Below, piece after piece: positions 53,001 through 64,000 of a DNA stretch of 64,000 nucleotides. Made by a program: the position numbers and the translations under genes. Location of the stretch: assembly GCA_016748015.1 (NCBI GenBank), contig JAAOMT010000057.1, forward strand, positions 514,763 to 578,762. Direction: 5' to 3'. Under the pieces are notes generated by a model, which saw only the letters and a list, made by a program, of their open reading frames with translations, did no database searches and was not told the DNA's origin. Origin of the DNA: Geosiphon pyriformis uo1 (taxonomy: Eukaryota; Fungi; Glomeromycota). Position 1 is the stretch's first letter. Every line of letters begins with the position of its first letter.

Positions 53001-54570
53001 TAAGGTAGTAAAAGAAAAGTAATCAAAAAAGTCAAAATATTTTCATTTTTTATAAGTGCTGCTTGCAATAGGTGACTGAGGAGGAAGTCTTCAGAGATGA
53101 TGTTGGAACGAATATTAACGCTAGCATCTTCGCGCTCCTTTATGTAAATGCCGAATATGATTTAGCAATACCCACCAAATCTCTTATTCCGTCTTCGTTA
53201 AGGGTACGTTTGCCTTATTGTTGGTTTAGACAAACTTCCCATACTCATTTAATCTTATATCTGGGTAATTATAGGAATTCGTTGAGGCAGATAATGCTGC
53301 CCTTCAACAAGAATACCAGGATTACAAAGAAAAACTGCGTGAAGCACCCCCCGAGTACTCTGCTATTGATCGACCTCTTAAAACCGATAACGAATATGCT
53401 TGGGATTTTGATTCTAACATGCGTCAAGATTCTTCCTATTCTATGGACAACAACCGCAAGCTTGATTTAATTCAAGAGCAAGTAAAAAATATGCGCAATA
53501 TCAATCCCATGATTTTGGAGAGGTGACTGTTTATTTGACGCTTTTACATTTTGGGATTCCTTATTAAAAGACAATTCTTATCAGGTTTGAGATATTTTGC
53601 GCAAAGATCCAAAGGGATGACATAGTCCAATCCTTAATAATGAACTATCTCGACCCCAACCGAACTGTAAGTTTTAGTTACTAAATTTTAGGAAAATGCC
53701 ATTTTAAAACAATTTGCAAAATATTTGCTTTGTGTTCATGAAAATATAGGTCAATGAACCCTCATGGGATTCTCCGCTCCCCTTGGATTCCAGATATAAG
53801 GAGGATCCCAAATTCCAAAGCATAATAATGGCTTTTGAACAATACGCTAATATCACTCAATGGCTTATCAAGAGCTTGGAAGAAATGAATAAAGATCAAT
53901 ACAGGATGGCTTTTGATTTCTTTCTAGAGACATTGAAATTGGAAAATCTTTGGCTTAGAAACATTCAATCCCCAGATGAACAAGGGAAGATCCAAGTGAA
54001 TGACGTTGAAAGCATCAAACGTGCTCATTACATTATTGAGTACGCAAAAATATGTTTGAAGGGGAGTTGTTTTCGCTCACTTGAGGATTTAGGATTCAAA
54101 AACTTATATGTTGTATATATTTTTTAACAATTTCGTTTTATATTCTTTCGAAAATTTAGGTTTTGCATCAACGAGCCCTTGAGAAGGCAAACGCTGAAGC
54201 TAGTCTGAGTGATGCAATCAAAGATGCACTTGTAGTTTTGTGGAATCTTATCAGATTGGTTGGTCCAGAAGACGTGAAGAGCGATCACCTATATACAGCT
54301 ATCAGTGATGAATGGCTCAATTTCGCAGAAGAGAGAGATCGGGCCGCACCAGGAGATACCCAAGAAGATATTCGACAATTAATTGATAAGTTTATTGACC
54401 CTGAAACTTTGGTTATCCAATCATCCTTGCTCAATGATGAACAAATCGCACTTTCCCCGGTGCTAGAGGATGATAACATCCCATTGCATAAGCGATATGA
54501 GGAAGCGCTAAGAAACTGTCAACGATCTTTTGGGAATGAATTATATAATGGAGATACTTTTTTGGATTAA
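50069..54570 (+). CDS. UBA plus peptidase C19 (USP25/28/Ubp2-like) protein, canonical catalytic Cys apparently absent
   Basis: UBA-like LLEMGIAEEQAVNALRQFDNDIDRAIDYIF; Cys-box region PVGLRTPREHQFATCFIQAFF; IYVDRYL; His box YRLRAVLIYDG...GHYWAY...WWKFCD; many introns. Confidence 0.82.
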
Positions 54571-54908
54571 GCAAGTCATTTTTTAGGTAATGTGTGTCTT
54601 GAATGTTTTTTCCTATGAGGGCGTCGATCCTAATTCTAGCTATTGGGGAGTAGAGATATTTATATTCTTTTCAATTCACAAAGAGAACAATAGATCAGAC
54701 CGTGAATATATGGCGGTATTAAAAACCAATGGGTGTTGAGAATTGAAACACGACTAAGATCAAGTCTTATTTTAGTAAATCACTGATAAAATGTCATTCT
54801 CCCGGAATTTAGATAAAATTATCTGCATGCATTGGATTTATTTTGATGAATTTTGAGGCATGCCTCAAAGGATTTTTTGAACAATATTTATTAGGTTCGT
54901 GCGTGTTA

Positions 54909-55991
54909 TCAGATACCACTTGTCCCGTCTGTACTTGATCCAATGTCAGCGGAATTCGCAGCAGCGTATAGCTCATTTTCCGCGACAACTGACTCACTTT
55001 CTTTGATTCTCGTTAGATTTTCGACATACAGTTCTGCATCCTTCGTCAAAGCATCTACATTCAATTTGGCCAAAGCAGTAGCTTTGGCTTTTTTATATTC
55101 TGGATCAGCGTATATTACCCCTTCTTCAACCTCAACGCGTTTGTAATATTCAACAAAAGCTTTTCTTAATGCGGAATCACGCAACACCGCAGTCCGTTGT
55201 AATGAAGCTCCTTTTAATCTCCCTAAAATATATTCCTGTCGTCTAGTAATATCATTCAGTATCTCGGCTTCGGTCCGCATGTCTTTTTTGTTCATGTACA
55301 AAACAATACTGGTGCAAATAATGAAAGCAAGCCGACGATAGAAATCAGCGGTTGTGAAGTGATGTTCTTCAGCGGCTGTTGATATCAACAAGCTTATATC
55401 CAACGTGGTAAATGTGTAAATGTCAAATGCCGCGCAAACAACTAGAAAAACAACACAATAGATACGCCAATCTTGTTTCCGCTTGAGCATTGTAGCCAAG
55501 CCTATTATCGTGATCATTGTTACGTAGGATGCTGCGAGTCCTGGAAGAATAAAGTACAAGTAGTCGGTTGCTTCACGACAGTAATTGCATTCTATTAATG
55601 CTTTTTGTCCGTATGTGACATAGAAATATTTATTTTCAAAAGAGCCTAATTTTTTGATAAGGGTGTCAAGTTCCGGTGGTGATAAAGCCAACGAGGTTTT
55701 TTGTTCAGTTAAAAGGGCTTTCAAGTGACTAGCGGGAGTCAGTATCGACACGTTGAGCTTCTGAAAAATGTTGAAGGGTAGAGCGAAGAAAGCACGATGA
55801 AAATGATAAATGATAGTGGAAATTAAAAGAGTGGAAACGCCAAGTTCTGCTTTGGTGAAAGGACGAGAGGGCTGCTTCGTATCAAGATGTTGACTAGGGT
55901 TTGCTCGACGACGAAGCCATTCTGAAACTTTTTGTAGGAGGAAAGGAAGCGAGAGATAGATTAGAAGTTGCAACAAGTCTCGATTAATCAT
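54909..55991 (-). CDS. Intronless multi-pass membrane protein of unknown function (360 aa)
   Basis: Long open ORF with several hydrophobic helices, a CxxC (ECNYC) and a charged helical C-terminus. Confidence 0.8.
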   Translation of the reverse strand: MINRDLLQLLIYLSLPFLLQKVSEWLRRRANPSQHLDTKQPSRPFTKAELGVSTLLISTIIYHFHRAFFALPFNIFQKLNVSILTPASHLKALLTEQKTSLALSPPELDTLIKKLGSFENKYFYVTYGQKALIECNYCREATDYLYFILPGLAASYVTMITIIGLATMLKRKQDWRIYCVVFLVVCAAFDIYTFTTLDISLLISTAAEEHHFTTADFYRRLAFIICTSIVLYMNKKDMRTEAEILNDITRRQEYILGRLKGASLQRTAVLRDSALRKAFVEYYKRVEVEEGVIYADPEYKKAKATALAKLNVDALTKDAELYVENLTRIKESESVVAENELYAAANSADIGSSTDGTSGI

Positions 55992-56354
55992 GGTAAGCTT
56001 TTTTTTTGAAAGACTTGAGTGAATGCTTTGCAGAGACTTAAAGAGAGAAGATAAATGTGAGTAACAAGGAAAAAGTTTTAGGGGATCGTGTCACAGTTAT
56101 ATTATCTTTAATTGCATTTATCTCGATTTGGATGTTGACATGTTTTTACTGGAAAAACTAGTACAATTATTTCTGTTCAAAAAGTCCGATGAAAATTACT
56201 TGTCTTTTTAACTTGACAGTTTTATTTCCAAAGTCCAGTCCGAAAGCGATGAATTTTATTTAAATTCTTCTCAAAAAAATGTCTTAAATTCAGCATTATC
56301 TGTGAAAGTCTTTAGGTAGAAATTAAAGAAACAGCAGGTAGTAAAAGTGAATAT

Positions 56355-57488
56355 TTAATTCTTTGACCCATCAAATTTTCTTTCAATATTGCCCCAATAA
56401 TATTCTCGGAGAAACCAAGAAATGCTATCTGCCAAATCCGTGATAAACTTGTCTGAAGCACCTTTTCCTATACGTAATATGCTTGGAAGTTCTAATTGTA
56501 TCGCGTCAATTTTGCCTCCATTCGATGAACCATAGTTGCGGACAGAATAACCCCCACTTAAATAAAGTTCTTGGGCGGTGGGAAAATGATGTGCTTGAGA
56601 AGGCACAGCGTCATAGCCAAACATTTGTAAACGACCGCCCAATGAAAGGATGTCAGCTCGAAGTAGAGAAGTGAAGGTAATTTTAGCTTCAGCCATTCGG
56701 TGAAAGAGCGCTCTTATACTGGACATCTGGTGAATTGTGGTGTTTGTGTTTAGCGTATGAACCGGAAGCGCTAATATTTTTGCTGATAGAAGGTATCCTA
56801 CTTCAATATAATTCTTTTGATGTGCATGGCCTATTCAAAGGTTTTATTAATTCATTTTAGAGCAGTTACAATTTTTAAAAATTGAGGTTTTAGTAACTGA
56901 ATTTATACCGTGTAAATCAATCACCAATCCTCTACCGAATCGACCCTCAACCTCTTTAACAGCAGTTTTCATAAACTCATGATAATCCCTCCAAGCAATT
57001 TGAGAATCCGAGGGTGACGACTTTGAAGTTCTATTGCTATCGGTACCTTGCTCAAAAGGTCTATTCACATCAACCTTTCTCCGATGCAAATGATTAACAA
57101 CCATATAAACTGGTCGACCAAATTCATACAACATTCTTTCTGCAATTGCACAACCTATCTCTTGGGTGTTATTATCATTGAATATATTGACACTAGAATC
57201 AATTTTCTCGCGATTTGGGATGTGTTCTGGAAGTTTGTGACCTCCATGTGGAATACTGATTATCAGCGGTATGTGGCCTCGGGTAAATTCTGTGTAGTTT
57301 TTGTGGCCAAAAACGCTAGTTGAAGAATTACAGGTCGAGGAAAATTTTTCAAATACGACCTGACTACCACTTTCTGTTTCCTCGGGAATCATGTACAAGA
57401 GAATTATGACCGTCACTATAATAATTGCTAATAAAAATCTTGACCGAAGAGTTGGCTCTTCTTGGCCAATTGTGACATATTTAGTCAT
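56355..57488 (-). CDS. N-formylglutamate amidohydrolase-like Zn hydrolase with an N-terminal membrane anchor (one intron ~56832-56908)
   Basis: PLIISIPHGG; NHLHRRKVDVNR; LVIDLHG|HAH; SGGYSV; DAIQLELP. Confidence 0.8.
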
Positions 57489-57734
57489 ATTATTTGAAAT
57501 TTTAAGTATAGAAATTTTTTAATTCTTTTATAATGGAAAAATTTTCTCAAGAATCCTACTCTGAATGAGAAGCTGAATGGGAAAAGTCGATGTTTATATA
57601 TACTTTGTTTCATTTATAATAATAAATGGTGTGAGAAAACTTTTTCGTGTTAAATTTTTAAGCCATGATTATATAAACGCACGCGCGCAAAATCACCGTG
57701 GGAATCACCTGATTTAACAAGGAAATTTTTTTAC

Positions 57735-57870
57735 CACGTTTGCTGATGCATAATCTAACACTCAATATCTTGATTCTCACGCAGATGCTCCTTTATTAAT
57801 AATTTGATCAAGAATCTCACGAATGGATTGTAATCAATAATAGGCAATACTAAGCAACGCCTATTATCTC
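57735..57870 (-). ncRNA. Candidate omegaRNA/reRNA scaffold at the element's right end
   Basis: Immediately downstream of the Fanzor frame: a perfect 9-bp stem ATAATAGGC/GCCTATTAT (57837-57867) and a 7-bp stem TCTTGAT/ATCAAGA (57768-57813). The position matches TnpB/Fanzor guide loci; function is inferred only. Confidence 0.4.
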
Positions 57871-59094
57871 CTGCACGACCAAGGCTCCATCACCGGAGGA
57901 GGATACCCCAAACGGCATTTTCATCTCTATATATCACAACCCCACAATCCCAGCAGTTGTACACTTGGGACCCTCCAATTCTTTGGATGTTGCCACATTG
58001 ACTGCAAGTCTTGGATGTGTAAAGCTTCGTTCTGGATAACACAAACCCTTAATTCCTCGGCCTTGCTGATCAGCCCCAATAAAGCATTTCCCGGAGTTTT
58101 TCGTGTAATCTTTCTTAACCGTGTACGACACTTTAAAAGAAGGAATAACAATGGCATCGAATTAGCGAGTAAAGAATCTAACCGATTTTCGGGTGAATTT
58201 CATTTTGTAGACGTATAACTTTTCACAACCGAAAAATCGCCTTATCGAGTCGCCAAGCCATTTTATTCTTTCGTTTTGAGGAGGATACTAATAACTTATA
58301 CATTTTGCAGATAAGATCATCCAAGTACTTGCAAATGTGAACTATACGTCAATAGAATATTCGCCAATCTTACCTACACCTTTTGTGGGAGAGTACTATG
58401 TAAAAGATGTACAGACTCCAGGATCAATAGAGACTGCATAAACAGGGCCATCCGCTTGGGTTTCGGGGAGCTGTTTTGGCGTCTCGTATACTCAGGCAAA
58501 CTTTCTCTCATTGGTTTTGCAATAGTAAGTGAGCTTGCCATCCGACATTATCTTGCGAGGAACGGGCCACCTATTATTATGCCACAAAGCACGCTTATCA
58601 TTATTCAGAATAGTGGTAGGCTTATAACGATGTGTAGCATCGACGGATTATAGAGATGAGTGACATAGAAATGGTTCCATGTGGATTTCGAGAAATTCTG
58701 TCCACAAATTGTCATTTTTGACCCAGGTCTTTTCGGGATCAAAATGATAGAGTGTGCTGATAATTCTTGTTGATTCGCATTACGCTCAATTAGCAATCAA
58801 TCCTCATTGATTATATTCGCCGTGCATACCCCGAAGCAACATTCCGAGACACACAACAGTTCGCATGAACTTGCGCTCACCCGATATTGCAGCTTTCGGG
58901 AGTTTCTCGTCTTCGTGTTCATTAGCGTCTTTTCCGATGTGGGAACTCTTGGTATAAAAGCGGCGATATGGACTCCAATAGACAACAGTATTATAAGCAA
59001 ACCTCGTCAAGCCTAGCCACTGCTTCAAGAGCTGCTTTTGAGGATGGTTCGAATACACCTTGATTAATAGTGTACGCTTGAGAATATCTTCCAT
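57870..59094 (-). pseudogene. tnpB: Fanzor2/TnpB RNA-guided nuclease, frameshifted
   Basis: IKVYSNHPQKQLLKQWLGLTRFAYN (N-terminal HTH); AVSIDPGV..T*YSP (RuvC-I, D at ~58424); FDAIVIPPF; QNEA/TSKTCSQCG...YNCWDCG (E at ~58027 plus Zn ribbon); RDENA..GILLR (RuvC-III, D at ~57924). Confidence 0.9.
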
Positions 59095-59461
59095 CTTCTG
59101 ACGTTTGCGACGAGCTGCTGTCGTTTTTCCCTTGGGCTTTTAACCTGTTCTGACGCTCTCGTCGATGGCAGGCACCTTCTTCCTTGGATGCAGCAGATAA
59201 AGACGGTGTTGATGGCAAGAATGTCTTGTGAGAGTTCCTACTCGCCGAAGGTCGCATGGCCGAAGAGAACCACGAGTTTTGTTGAATGGAAAAAAAGATA
59301 TATTGGAAGAGGTCGAAGGCAAATCGGCAAAGTCTATCACGGTGGGTGATTGCAATTTCCGAGACCATTCCGCAGCTTGTTCGTTTCAGTATGCTCTTAA
59401 GTCCCGAGCGTTTGAAATTAATACCTGATCCGACATCACTGAGGAGTTCGTAGATTAGCAA
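58991..59461 (-). pseudogene. tnpA: IS607-type serine recombinase (TnpA), 5'-truncated and frameshifted
   Basis: SDVGSGINFKRSGLKSIL...IAITHRDRLCRFAFDLF, and in a shifted frame ELSQDILAINTVF...GRR. The N-terminal HTH and catalytic YARVS motif are not seen. Confidence 0.88.
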
Positions 59462-59632
59462 TTTAGAGTAAGAGTTGCTTTATTGCGCTAAAGACACGGG
59501 TGGTAATATCAGCATTTTGAATAGTTCGCGATTTTGAACCTGATTACTAAGCAACTGATTAGTATTTTCATTGATAGGCATTTTCATAGGCGCACGGGCT
59601 AAGCATTTTTCTCTCTTTTGTCGCTCGTCACC

Positions 59633-60484
59633 ATGACCAGTCCCAGTCGCCTCATTGTCACCTGCGATGTTTGCAGTGAACAATCGAGGAAATACAAATG
59701 CTCAACTTGTCTGATTTCAATGTATCTTTCCTTCCAGGCACAAAAATGTTTTTTCACGTTTTATGTTCTGGGCCCTGCTTCCTACTACTTTTGACCTATT
59801 TCTTACGCCATCCTGTTTGCCCTGTTGAATTATATGCAGCTGCTCACTTCCCTGCTACAAGACACATAAGTGTGAATACTTTGGAAATTATTTTTAAAGG
59901 AGGCTATTATTAGTATATATTAAATCCTATTTAATCCCAGCGAATCCCTGTAATAAGCCTTCAGAATTAAGACCCAAACTTCCTGGTATTTATTTGTCAC
60001 AACTTTCTATTTATTGGCATTACAATCCTGGGCTCGATTCATTATAATTTCCCTACTCTTTAGTATTTCCTCGCAAAGAAATTTATAACGAATATGAGGA
60101 GAGCGAAGAAAGCGATTCACGACTCAAACTTGAGCAACTCGATAAAATTGGTACACCATCTATAAAAATTAAAAATTTTTTGCTAGTAGTAAATCAACTA
60201 AATTTATCTAATCAGTGCTTTTATATTTCTCTCTAATATAAATATTAGAAAAGTCATCAAGGATTCGGGAATTTCTAAAGGATGATAAACTTCGCGAGAT
60301 TATCGGCAACATTGATAACTATGCAAACAGTACTGAGCCAGAAAAGATGTTGCTCCAGGCATTGCAAAATGACAAAATGTTTTATGACTTTTCCCAACAC
60401 ATATTGGATATCGTCCTTCCTCAGGAGGACCAAAGTGGTGATGATGCAGAGTTAGAGAATTTTTTCGCCAGTGATCCAAAGTAG
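59633..60484 (+). CDS. HIT-type zinc finger protein, Hit1/ZNHIT3-like (box C/D snoRNP assembly), spliced
   Basis: CDVCSEQSRKYKCSTC...CSLPCYKTHK zf-HIT; C-terminal LEQLDKI..SSRIREFLKDDKLREII..ID...F.DF...ILDIV. Confidence 0.8.
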
Positions 60485-60780
60485 GTGATTTCTTCGTTTA
60501 ACTTTTCTACCATCGCTTGCCATTTTCGCATAATATTTACCATTATTGAACTGGTCAAAGCCAAATAACTATGTCCAAGGATTTATACACGCAATTCGAC
60601 ACCCATTATACCTAGAAAACCGACAATTTGGTTGATCATTTGATTACAAGGTAAATAGTCCAAGAATTCTTGGTATGTTTTGAGATATTAATTAGTTAAA
60701 TTAACTTGATAATTGATAATTCAATTAATAAAACGGACAATATATTAGTTTCAGAAATATTTTAATCTTTTATTCAAATT

Positions 60781-62628
60781 TTAGAGATTACTCTTTATTT
60801 CCTCATCCACAATTTTAACCAAAATTTTACCGGTATTTTCGCCTTGAAAGAGTTTACTTAACCCTTGAGGCGCGTTTTCCAACCCCTCAATGATATATTC
60901 ACTGCGTTTGATTTTTCCCTCTTGCAACCATTTCGAAAGATCACGGATTGCTTCATAGTAACGTTCCTGATAATCAAATCTATAAGAAAAAATCATCTTA
61001 GAATAATAAAGTCTGAAGTGACCAACGTTTTAAATATAATACATACATAATGAATCCTTCCATTTTAGCGCGTTGGGTAATTAACCTGCTATAATAGGCC
61101 GGTCCTTTGGGATCATCAGTGTTATATTGACTGATAGCACCACAAAGCACAATCCGTCCATTCCTGGCAATACACCGCAAGCAATGATCAAGAATATCTC
61201 CCCCAACATTATCAAAATAGACATCAATGCCTTTTGGTGTGGCGTCACTCAATTTTTTGAAAAATTCAGGGTCTCGGTAGTTTAAAGCAATATCAAACCC
61301 AAGTTCCTTCTCCAACCATGCGCATTTATCATCGGATCCGGCAATCCCAATTACGCGTGCACCTTTTATTTTTGCAATTTGACCTAAATTCAATAGATTA
61401 AATTTACTGGGATCCTGAATTCTTGATAATAGATACATGAATGAGCTTACCAGCAACGCTGCCTGTAGCGCCAGCAGCCTTTTAAAAGCCAAAATAAGAA
61501 AAAGAATTTTGAAAAAATGAACATATACACTGACACTGACCCCTGAAACAACAACTGTATCCCCAGGCTTCGGTTTTCCTGTTTGCAGATTAAATTATTT
61601 ACATGCCATAATTTGAGCCAACGAAATAAACAGATTAAGAAATACCAATCTCAAGCAATCCAAAGTAGGCAGTCATGCCAGTCATGCCAAGAACGCCTTG
61701 AAGGAGTAGGATTTTAGTTAAGCTTGTTATTACTTTCCAATCGCATATGCAGGCTTTCAAACGGCTTACCTAAAAAATCTCTTAGGTGAGCCCATTTAGG
61801 TGCTCTTGAGAATTTCAAAAATTGTGAGAAATTTAAGATTCAATCATGAATTTTCTCATAATAATTCCGATTATCTATACTTGATTTTATTAACGTCCTT
61901 CCCGTTTGACAAGACATACTCTGACCAGCCTTTAAAAAGGTGCAGACATCTTTTTAATTATTAAAGACAGCAAAATTGAGATCACGTCATATCAAAATTG
62001 AGTTTACCTCCAAAGTGTTGGACCTTATCCCCTACTTTAAAATTGGGGTTCTTGGAGAAAACGACTCCTGTTGATCAAAATTAGAAAAAAAATCAATTTA
62101 GAGGGGATATATATTTCATAATTTTGAAATTGAAAATTGTTAAAATGTTACATACCGCCAACAGCTTGGCCGCGCATTATTTCGTTTATGGCTATGAGAA
62201 TTGAAAGCATTATGGCGAATATGGATAAGAGTCAATGATTCCTTGGGAAAAAAAATCAACTCACCGAGTGGAGGAATGTAACTATTTTAAAAAAATGCAC
62301 TGGAAAGTATATTTATAACAGAAAAAGGGTTAAAAAGTTCCACAGAATAATATTTACCTTCTGACATTATTCATCCACGTGCGCATTGCTGGTCGTATTA
62401 GAATAATTAGTCGAAAAATACGTAATTATTTGAATAAACTCCTTTAAATGTAAATTGCCTTCACATACCAGGGTCCAGTGACAGCCAATAACTCCGTATC
62501 AAAAATTCCCCTTCTTTCAACTCATCAAACGTAGGAATGGGCACCTTGACAATTTTGAAAGTTTCTTGAGGATCAAATGCCCCTCTTGGGCGCTTCACAA
62601 ACAAGACTTGTGTATTTTGAAAAGTCAT
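60781..62628 (-). CDS. NADP-dependent oxidoreductase (PTGR1/LTB4DH/CurA-like MDR family), many small exons
   Basis: WLSLDP|AMRTWM; GVLGMTGMTAYFGL; VVVSG|AAGATGS; GQIAKIKGARVIGIAGSDDKC; IDVYFDNVGG; CGAISQYN; GENTGK. Confidence 0.93.
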
Positions 62629-62899
62629 TTTTAGATAGGATTAGAAAATTCTGAATGTTACAACCCCCTATAATTTGTACTCTATTGATTTTTAGGTCCA
62701 AGATTTGATTTTTTATTGATTGGCGCATTTTACAATCTAAAATCTATTTATTCAAAAAATGTGAATTCAAACATAATTACAGCGGTATCTTTATAAGTAA
62801 ACGCCCTTGGAACCAACTATATTCATGCACTTAGAGAGGGTATACAATTTTCATGTACATATATTAATAGAACTCATAATTATTTATATATGCAAAATA

Positions 62900-64000
62900 T
62901 TAAAGATGTGTACTTAGTTCTAAGTTCTAAACTTGAAACCATATTATAGCATGTATATAAAAAGAGTATACGCTTATAGAAAATACACTTAAGAATTTTT
63001 TGCATTTTTAAATGTAAAAAAAATATTTTTGTATGTAATTTTTATTTTATAACTAAGAATGAAAAACAATTTTCTATTTAGAATAATAACTTATTGTTTT
63101 TTTTATTTGAATTAATTTTTAATTATATTATTAAATATATTAGCTTCTAATTAATTATTACCAGTTTTAAAAACAAACCAAATTATATTTTTACATATAA
63201 CTTTATTTAATTAGTCTAATAAATTACTTAATCTTAAAAATTAGACGAATCAAATAAAAACTAAAAAACTCTTTTTTTCTTTATTTTTTAATAATATTGC
63301 TTTTGGTAATATTCAAGAAATAATTGTTAAAGATTTTTTGAATAGTTAATTTTTACTTTAGTATTTAATGTTTTTTTAGAATCAAATTAATTTATATTAA
63401 GACTATTTTTCAATTTGTATGTAGTTTTATTAATGTAAAATTAGTTTTTAAGAACAATATTAAACTGTTTTGTATAAAGTTTGTATTTTATATATTTTTA
63501 AATACTGTTATTAAAATTTAGCTTAGTAATTTTTTGTTATTTATTATTTTAAAAATTGTCAAATTTTTTATACTTTTTGTTGTTATTTCTGTTTTTGTTG
63601 TTGTTATTTTATATAATATCTCTTAAAACTATTATAAATAATGATAAAAATACTTTAAAAGTTGATTTTAAACCTTAAGTGGTTTTTTTATTACTTTTAA
63701 ATTTGATTTTAAATTTTTTGAATTATTTTTATTAAGTTTTTTTGGAAGTATTTTATTAAAATTTTTTAATTAAAAATATTGCTTTTTTATTTTATTTTAT
63801 TTTATTTTATTTTATTTTATTTTATTTTAACATAAAGTTTAATTATTATCTAATACAATATATTAAATTAAGTAACTTAAATTAGATACAGTTTATGTAC
63901 TTTTTATATATAATTAAACATAAGTTTAATTCAAATTAAATTACATTAAAACTATAAGAAAAAATCAATATTAAAAAAATATTTTACTTATAATAACAAC
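62900..64000. repeat. Very AT-rich decayed repeat region, including a (TTTTA)n microsatellite at ~63785-63829
   Basis: Abrupt loss of GC and CpG; no ORFs in the track; ~9 TTTTA units. Confidence 0.6.

Larger units (their letters stand above)
57730..59480 (-). mobile_element. Decayed IS607-family element (serine recombinase plus Fanzor2/TnpB); ends approximate
   Basis: Overlapping tnpA- and tnpB-like frames with diagnostic motifs; no terminal inverted repeats. Confidence 0.88.

Noticed and set aside
57735-59520. Terminal inverted repeats (TGCTGAT / ATCAGCA) bounding the IS607 element
   Set aside because: Only a 7-bp match, and IS607 elements lack TIRs; likely chance.
63785-63829. Telomeric repeat
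   Set aside because: A short internal (TTTTA)n microsatellite with no G-rich telomere unit.

Overview
Eukaryotic fungal DNA. The spliceosomal introns, gene set and repeat style suggest an early-diverging fungus, probably Glomeromycota; this taxon call is an inference. The window has three compartments. (1) About 1-43,300 is an AT-rich, CpG-depleted block of nested, transition-riddled retrotransposons: three copies of a ~9.9-kb dUTPase-carrying Ty3/Gypsy LTR element (A1 on +, A2 on - nested inside A1, A3 on - nested in a LINE), fragments of related Gypsy elements, and several RNase H-containing LINEs. (2) About 43,300-62,900 is a CpG-rich, intron-rich gene island: a DUF427 protein, a SETMAR-like SET methyltransferase, a homeobox transcription factor, TRM8, a UBA-USP (probable pseudo-DUB), a membrane protein, an N-formylglutamate amidohydrolase-like protein, a Hit1/ZNHIT3-like protein and an NADP-dependent oxidoreductase. 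It also holds a decayed IS607-type element (serine recombinase plus Fanzor2/TnpB, with a candidate omegaRNA). (3) About 62,900-64,000 is decayed AT-rich repeat. Main highlights: the Gypsy element appears tripartite (Gag-PR-Cys-rich domain-dUTPase-RT-RH, then a separately encoded integrase, then an unknown ORF3 that reads through the PPT into the 3' LTR), and the genome carries a fungal IS607-Fanzor2 element.
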